From Candidatus Pacearchaeota archaeon (GTDB lineage: Archaea; Nanobdellota; Nanobdellia; Pacearchaeales; GW2011-AR1): DNA of 64,000 nucleotides. Below the pieces are notes generated by a model. That model did not search any database. It was not told the origin of the DNA and worked only from the letters and a program-made list of their open reading frames with translations. The stretch lies in assembly GCA_050124795.1 (NCBI GenBank), contig JASFEO010000001.1:1-64000 (forward strand), given 5' to 3'. Below are positions 58,992 to 64,000 of the stretch, one piece after another. A program made the position numbers and the translations under genes. How positions within the stretch are numbered: position 1 is the first letter of the stretch; each line of letters starts with the position of its first letter.

Positions 58992-59069
58992 TTCGAATCC
59001 GAGCAATTCCGTGGTAGAAGTATCGCCTGCACAGAAACTTCGTGCGAGATTGAGAGTTAGTCCCTCGCA
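58992..59069 (+). repeat. Duplicated tRNA-Leu 3' end interrupted by a ~59-nt structured insert
   Basis: TTCGAATCC...GTCCCTCGCA flanks; insert homologous to 17030-17080. Confidence 0.8.
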
Positions 59070-59092
59070 TTATAAACATTTTAGAATTATAC

Positions 59093-59539
59093 TTATTCAT
59101 CAACACTTAATTTAAGCCCTTTAAACTTCGGAGAATTTTCCACATATTCTTCAACACCATGGCAAGTCCTTCGATAAAATTCTTCTGCACCGCAAATTAA
59201 TCTTCCATCAAGGCAACAAGATCCATCTAAAATTCTCTTTCCATTTCTTGTGTAAATCGACGGAGACTCCTCATTTTTAGGGAAATTTCTAAGTGAGTAA
59301 CTAAAAAAATCAATCATTTTGTCCTCTCCATTTTCCCAAGGCAGCACAATAAAATAATCTGCTTTTTTTATTAATTCTAAATCTTCAAATGTTTCTAATA
59401 CATGATCTCTTGCATTATGAAAAGTTCCAAATTCAAATATATCTCCATAAACATAAATTCTCATTCCTTTTTCTGGTAAATTAAATCTCGCAGTAATATC
59501 TGGTTTTTTTCTAAGTTTTGTGAAATCTAATAAATCCAT
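59093..59539 (-). CDS. Hypothetical protein
   Basis: 148-aa ORF. Confidence 0.6.
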   Translation of the reverse strand: MDLLDFTKLRKKPDITARFNLPEKGMRIYVYGDIFEFGTFHNARDHVLETFEDLELIKKADYFIVLPWENGEDKMIDFFSYSLRNFPKNEESPSIYTRNGKRILDGSCCLDGRLICGAEEFYRRTCHGVEEYVENSPKFKGLKLSVDE

Positions 59540-59540
59540 T

Positions 59541-59771
59541 TTACTGCTTTTGCAATTTTACACCAAGTTCTTCAAGCCGTTTCATGTGCGCCTGCATAAT
59601 TGCCTCGACATTTTGCATCATCTTAAACAATTCATTTCTTTCAGCAACCAAAGTGTTCAAGGCACCCTTATGAAAACCAATTTCTTCTTCCTTTGGAATT
59701 TGAGGTGCAGCATCTTTATTAAGTGCTTTTTCCAAATTATCTTTGTTTAGTTCTACCATAAAACTTCTCAC
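59541..59771 (-). CDS. Small coiled-coil hypothetical protein
   Basis: EIGFHKGALNTLVAERNEL. Confidence 0.7.
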   Translation of the reverse strand: MRSFMVELNKDNLEKALNKDAAPQIPKEEEIGFHKGALNTLVAERNELFKMMQNVEAIMQAHMKRLEELGVKLQKQ

Positions 59772-59846
59772 AAAAATTGGTTAATAAATGTTTCTAATTA
59801 AATTTCCTAACGACAAATTTATAACCTTCTTTAAGTTCTAAGTAAT

Positions 59847-61535
59847 ATGAAACAAAAAATAATTAAACTAATTGAAAAAACTTTGGAAAAAGAAAAAATC
59901 AATTTAGGAAATATTGAGAACTTAATTGAAATTCCGCCGAATCCTGAAATGGGAGATTTTGCTTTTCCATGTTTTTCATTATCAAAAATTTTTAAAAAAA
60001 ATCCAAATGAAATCGCCAAGGATTTAAAACAAAAAATAAAATTAAATTCTGAAATTGAAAAAATTGAAACTAAAGGTGCATATTTAAATTTCTTTATTAA
60101 CAAAAAAGATTTTGCAGAAGAAATTATAAAAAGAATATTAAATGAAAAACAAAACTTTAGAAAACAAAAAAACAAAAAAACAAAAATGATTGAGTTCTCC
60201 CAGGCTAACACTCACAAGGCTTTTCACGTCGGTCATATAAGAGGAACAAGTTTAGGGGAATCACTTTCAAGAATTTCAGAATTTCTAGGGGAAAAAATAA
60301 CTCGCGCGAATTACGAAGGAGACACCGGGGTGCATGTTGCAAAATGGTTATGGTGTTTTCAAAAATATCATAAATTATCTGAATTAAAAGATAATGAAGA
60401 GTGGATTGCTTCAATCTACGTCGAAGCAGTTAAGCGTCTTGAAAGATCTCCAAAATTAAAATTTGAAGTTGAGGAAATTAATCGTCGATTAGAACTTGGA
60501 ATTGATAATGACTTAAACAAACTCTGGAAAAAAACAAGAAAATTCTCATTAGATGCTCTTGAAAAAATCTACAAAGAATTAAACACGCATTTTGATATCT
60601 ATTTTTTTGAAAGTGAGGTTGAAGAAAGAGGAAAGGAAATTGTTAAGGATTTAGTAAAAAAGGGAATTGCCGAAATAAGCGATAATGCAACAATAATTAA
60701 TTTTGAAAAATATGGAATGGGAGTCTTGGTTTTTATCCGAAGAGATGGAACAGTTCTTTATGGGGGAAAAGATTTAGCACTAGCTGAAAAAAAATCAATT
60801 GAATATCCAAACCTTGAGGAATATATTTATGTTGTTGGAAATGAACAGGATTTGTATTTCAGGCAAATCTTCAAAACCCTTGAATTAATGAAATTAAATA
60901 TTTATGATAAAGTAAAAAATGTCTCATTTGGGATGGTTCGTCTTCCACATGGAAAAATGTCTTCAAGAACAGGGGACAATATTTTATATTCAGATTTTTT
61001 ACGAGAAGTTACAGATTATGCAAAAAAAAGAATTAGTGAACGAAATAAAAAATTAGGAAAAAAAGAATTGGAAAAAAGAGCCTTGATTGTTTCAATTGCC
61101 GCAATAAAATATTCAATGCTAAAACAAAGCCCAAATAAAAATATTATTTTTGAAAAACGTGATGCATTAAATTTCGAAGGCGACACTGGTCCATATCTAC
61201 TTTATAGTTTTGCAAGAGCAAATTCAATATTAAAAAAAGCAAAATCAAAAAATAAAAATTTTGAAATCAAAAAATTAAATTCTTCAGAAATTGCATTAAC
61301 AAAAAGATTATCTTTATTTCCTGAGATTGTAATAAATGCACATAAAAATTATAATCCGTCGCTAATTGCAAATTATTCTTATGAATTAGCAAAAATTTTT
61401 AATGAATTTTATCATGCCTCTCCTGTAATTAATTCTGAAAATGAAACTTTTAGATTAAACTTAGTAAAAAGTTTTAAGACTATTTTAGGAAATTCTCTTA
61501 ATCTTTTAGGAATTGAAACTTTGGATGAAATGTAA
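59847..61535 (+). CDS. argS: Arginine--tRNA ligase
   Basis: ANTHKAFHVGH, KMSSRTG, GDTGPYLLY, anticodon-binding C-terminus ending in M. Confidence 0.96.
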   Translation: MKQKIIKLIEKTLEKEKINLGNIENLIEIPPNPEMGDFAFPCFSLSKIFKKNPNEIAKDLKQKIKLNSEIEKIETKGAYLNFFINKKDFAEEIIKRILNEKQNFRKQKNKKTKMIEFSQANTHKAFHVGHIRGTSLGESLSRISEFLGEKITRANYEGDTGVHVAKWLWCFQKYHKLSELKDNEEWIASIYVEAVKRLERSPKLKFEVEEINRRLELGIDNDLNKLWKKTRKFSLDALEKIYKELNTHFDIYFFESEVEERGKEIVKDLVKKGIAEISDNATIINFEKYGMGVLVFIRRDGTVLYGGKDLALAEKKSIEYPNLEEYIYVVGNEQDLYFRQIFKTLELMKLNIYDKVKNVSFGMVRLPHGKMSSRTGDNILYSDFLREVTDYAKKRISERNKKLGKKELEKRALIVSIAAIKYSMLKQSPNKNIIFEKRDALNFEGDTGPYLLYSFARANSILKKAKSKNKNFEIKKLNSSEIALTKRLSLFPEIVINAHKNYNPSLIANYSYELAKIFNEFYHASPVINSENETFRLNLVKSFKTILGNSLNLLGIETLDEM

Positions 61536-61628
61536 AAATATGCTTCGCAGAATTTAGAAGCATTCTCTTGAAACCAAAACTTATTTAAATTCTTTTAACG
61601 TCGTAAAATTATAAAAAGGAGGTTGAAA

Positions 61629-61853
61629 ATGGCTAAGAAAAAAGCTAAAACAATGAATCATAGCCTGATGCATTTTGTTGCCTGGCTGACAGGAGTGATT
61701 GTCTCACTTTCAGTTGGTTTTGCAATGATTGACGGAACACTAACTCTTCCAAACTGGCTTGGCGGCGTAATAGTTGCAATGGTTGCAGGATGGATTGTAG
61801 TTCTCACAACAGCAATCAGCGTTATCCTTGCAATAATGCACTACTTAAAATAA
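61629..61853 (+). CDS. Small two-TM membrane protein
   Basis: SD AGGAGGT then ATG 61629; two hydrophobic helices. Confidence 0.7.
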   Translation: MAKKKAKTMNHSLMHFVAWLTGVIVSLSVGFAMIDGTLTLPNWLGGVIVAMVAGWIVVLTTAISVILAIMHYLK

Positions 61854-61951
61854 TTTTTTACTTTTTCTAATTTTTTATTTTTATAAAAACAAAACTTCTA
61901 TCCCTATTTATATCAGAAACATTTAAATATCATCCTGTCTCATTAAATATC

Positions 61952-62164
61952 ATGGAAATAAAAATTAAGCCAAGAAAATGGGGAAATTCTCTGGCAGTTA
62001 TTTTGCCAAAACTAATTGTGGATGCAAACAGGATTAAAGAAAATCAGGAAATTACAATCGAAATTAAAGATAAACCAACTGCAAAAAAAATATTTGGGAT
62101 GCTGCCAAGAAAATCAAAAAAAAGTGCACAGCAAATAAAAGATGAGATGAGAAAAGGATGGTAG
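61952..62164 (+). CDS. vapB: AbrB/MazE-type antitoxin (VapB)
   Basis: RKWGNSLAVILPK; overlaps the PIN gene. Confidence 0.88.
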   Translation: MEIKIKPRKWGNSLAVILPKLIVDANRIKENQEITIEIKDKPTAKKIFGMLPRKSKKSAQQIKDEMRKGW

Positions 62165-62523
62165 ATTATTTCTTTGATAGTTATGCTGTAATTGAATTAA
62201 TCGAAGGCAATTCAAACTATGCTAAATATTCTAATGAATCTTTTGTTATCACTATTTTTAACTTAACAGAAATATATTGGTTTGCACTTAGAGAATATTC
62301 AGAAAAAGAAGCTGGCAAAATTTATGATTATTTCAGCCAATTTGTAATTAAAATAAATGATGAAACATTAAAACATGCAATTAAATTTAGAATTAAAAAT
62401 AAAAAGAAAGATTTGTCTTATGCAGATTGTATTGGTTATATTTATGCTCTTAAGAATGATATGAAATTTTTAACAGGAGATAAAGAATTTGGAAAACTCA
62501 AAAATGTTGAATTTGTAAAATAA
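62158..62523 (+). CDS. vapC: PIN-domain toxin (VapC)
   Basis: FFDSYAVIE, LSYADC, TGDKEF. Confidence 0.9.
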   Translation: MVDYFFDSYAVIELIEGNSNYAKYSNESFVITIFNLTEIYWFALREYSEKEAGKIYDYFSQFVIKINDETLKHAIKFRIKNKKKDLSYADCIGYIYALKNDMKFLTGDKEFGKLKNVEFVK

Positions 62524-62576
62524 TTTTTAGATATTAAAATAGTGAAATATTTAAACTTGTTTTATTGTCATAATTT

Positions 62577-64000
62577 ATGGAAAAATTTTTTTGGGCAGAC
62601 CAGATTGCTGAAGACCTGATAAAACAAAAAGGAGACAAATCAAAATATGTCTGTGCCTCAGGAATAACCCCCTCGGGAACAATTCATATTGGAAATTTTA
62701 GAGAAGTTATCACAACTGAATTAGTCCTAAGAGCATTAAAAGACAATGGAAAAAAAGTTAGATTCATTTATTCATGGGATGACTTTGACAGATTTAGAAA
62801 AGTTCCTAAAAATGTTTCAGGAGAATATGAAAAATATCTTGGCATGCCTGTTAGCGAGGTGCCTTCGCCATTTGAAAAAAATTCAGATTATGCAAGACAC
62901 TTTGAAAAAGAATTTGAGGACTCTCTTTCTGAAGTTGGGATAAAGCCGGAATTTATTAGGCAAAGTGTGATGAATAAAAATTGTGAGTATGCTGAATTAA
63001 TAAAAATTGCAATTGAGAAAAAAAATGAAATTATTAAAGTCTTAAATAAATATCGTAAAGAACCACTTGGTAAAAACTGGATGCCATTAGAAGTTTATTG
63101 CGGCAAATGCAAAAAAGATTCAACAAAAATAATTAATGCAAAAGATTATGAAATAGATTATGAATGCGCCTGCGGGTTTAAAGAAAAAATTGATATTCGA
63201 AAAAAAGGAATTGTAAAATTAAAATGGCGTGTTGATTGGCCTGCAAGATGGACTTATGAAAAAGTTGATTTTGAACCCGGAGGAATTGACCATAGTGTTT
63301 ATGGGGGAAGTTTTATGACTTCAAAAGAAATTGTAAAAAGAATTTTCAACTTTACTGCACCGTCTTATCAATTATATGAATGGGTAAGAATAAAGGGGGG
63401 CAAAGAATTCTCAAGTTCTTCAGGAAATGCAATTTCATTAAAAGAAGTTTTAGAAGTTTATGAGCCTGAGATTTTAAGATACATTTTTGTGAGCACCAGA
63501 CCGAGAAAAGGTTTTCAAATTAGTTTTGACAATGACATAATGAAAATTTATAGTGATTATGATTTGCTGGAAAAAAAATATTATGAAGACAAGGCAACAG
63601 AGCAGGAAAAAAGAATTTATGAATTGTCGCAAGTTAATAAAGTTAAAAATAAAAAACCTGAGAAGGAAAGTTTCAGGCATTTGATAACTTATGTTCAGTT
63701 GAATAAACTCGATGAATTAAATTCTGAATCAAAAGCGAGGGCAAAAAAAGTTGCAAACTGGATTGAAAAGTATGCAGAAGAAGATATGAAGTTTGAAGTG
63801 AGAAAAAAATTTTCTGCAGATTTAAGTGAAAAAGAAAAACAGGCAATGATTGAATTAAAAAATTCTTTAATGAAAAAAGAATATTCAGAAGAAGAATTGT
63901 TTGATGAGTTTTATAGTATATGTGAAAAGTTAAAAATCAAAAACACAGAATTTTTTAATGCAGCATATAAAACAATTATCGGAAAAACAAAAGGTCCGAG
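62577..64000 (+). CDS. lysS: Class I lysine--tRNA ligase (runs off the window)
   Basis: MEKFFWAD...ASGITPSGTIHIGNFREV, KLKWRVDWPARW, FSSSSGN; absent from the ORF track because there is no stop in the window. Confidence 0.95.
   Translation, partial: MEKFFWADQIAEDLIKQKGDKSKYVCASGITPSGTIHIGNFREVITTELVLRALKDNGKKVRFIYSWDDFDRFRKVPKNVSGEYEKYLGMPVSEVPSPFEKNSDYARHFEKEFEDSLSEVGIKPEFIRQSVMNKNCEYAELIKIAIEKKNEIIKVLNKYRKEPLGKNWMPLEVYCGKCKKDSTKIINAKDYEIDYECACGFKEKIDIRKKGIVKLKWRVDWPARWTYEKVDFEPGGIDHSVYGGSFMTSKEIVKRIFNFTAPSYQLYEWVRIKGGKEFSSSSGNAISLKEVLEVYEPEILRYIFVSTRPRKGFQISFDNDIMKIYSDYDLLEKKYYEDKATEQEKRIYELSQVNKVKNKKPEKESFRHLITYVQLNKLDELNSESKARAKKVANWIEKYAEEDMKFEVRKKFSADLSEKEKQAMIELKNSLMKKEYSEEELFDEFYSICEKLKIKNTEFFNAAYKTIIGKTKGP

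Noticed and set aside
62746-63680. Short ORFs listed near the window end
   Set aside because: They lie within the class I lysS reading frame starting at 62577
1-64000. CRISPR array, rRNA, provirus, reverse transcriptase/DGR
   Set aside because: No regularly spaced repeats, rRNA, capsid/terminase, phage-type integrase or RT motifs seen. The PKD repeat copies are identical, with no adenine-specific variation.

Overview
Low-GC archaeal chromosome segment, most likely from a DPANN archaeon. It looks Pacearchaeota-like: fused RpoA'/A'', single-chain RpoB, class I LysRS, and mostly leaderless genes behind TATA boxes. It carries the RNA polymerase/str region (rpoH-rpoB-rpoA-nusA-rps12-rps7-EF2), broken up by inserted small ORFs and a free-standing LAGLIDADG gene. 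A 12-kb pyrimidine/dNTP supply cluster follows (pyrC, pyrD, thyA, tmk, dut, a kinase-dCMP deaminase fusion, trxA/B, nrdJ, and nrdR with tandem NrdR boxes). There are also translation and RNA-modification genes, ftsZ, SRP RNA, a surface-protein cluster, a VapBC pair, the end of an IS481-like element and three tRNAs. The most striking signal is in non-coding DNA. Next to tRNA-Lys and tRNA-Leu are three duplicated tRNA fragments, each interrupted by a 60-70 nt stem-loop insert with shared ends (CGAGC-stem...stem-RRGAG). Two of these inserts, 42 kb apart, are 43/51 identical with compensatory stem changes. tRNA-Asn has a D-loop BHB intron that supplies the stop codon of an overlapping HTH/PD-(D/E)XK nuclease gene. 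Several accessory genes are frameshifted at simple repeats. All calls come from reading the sequence and ORF track by eye; no searches were run.
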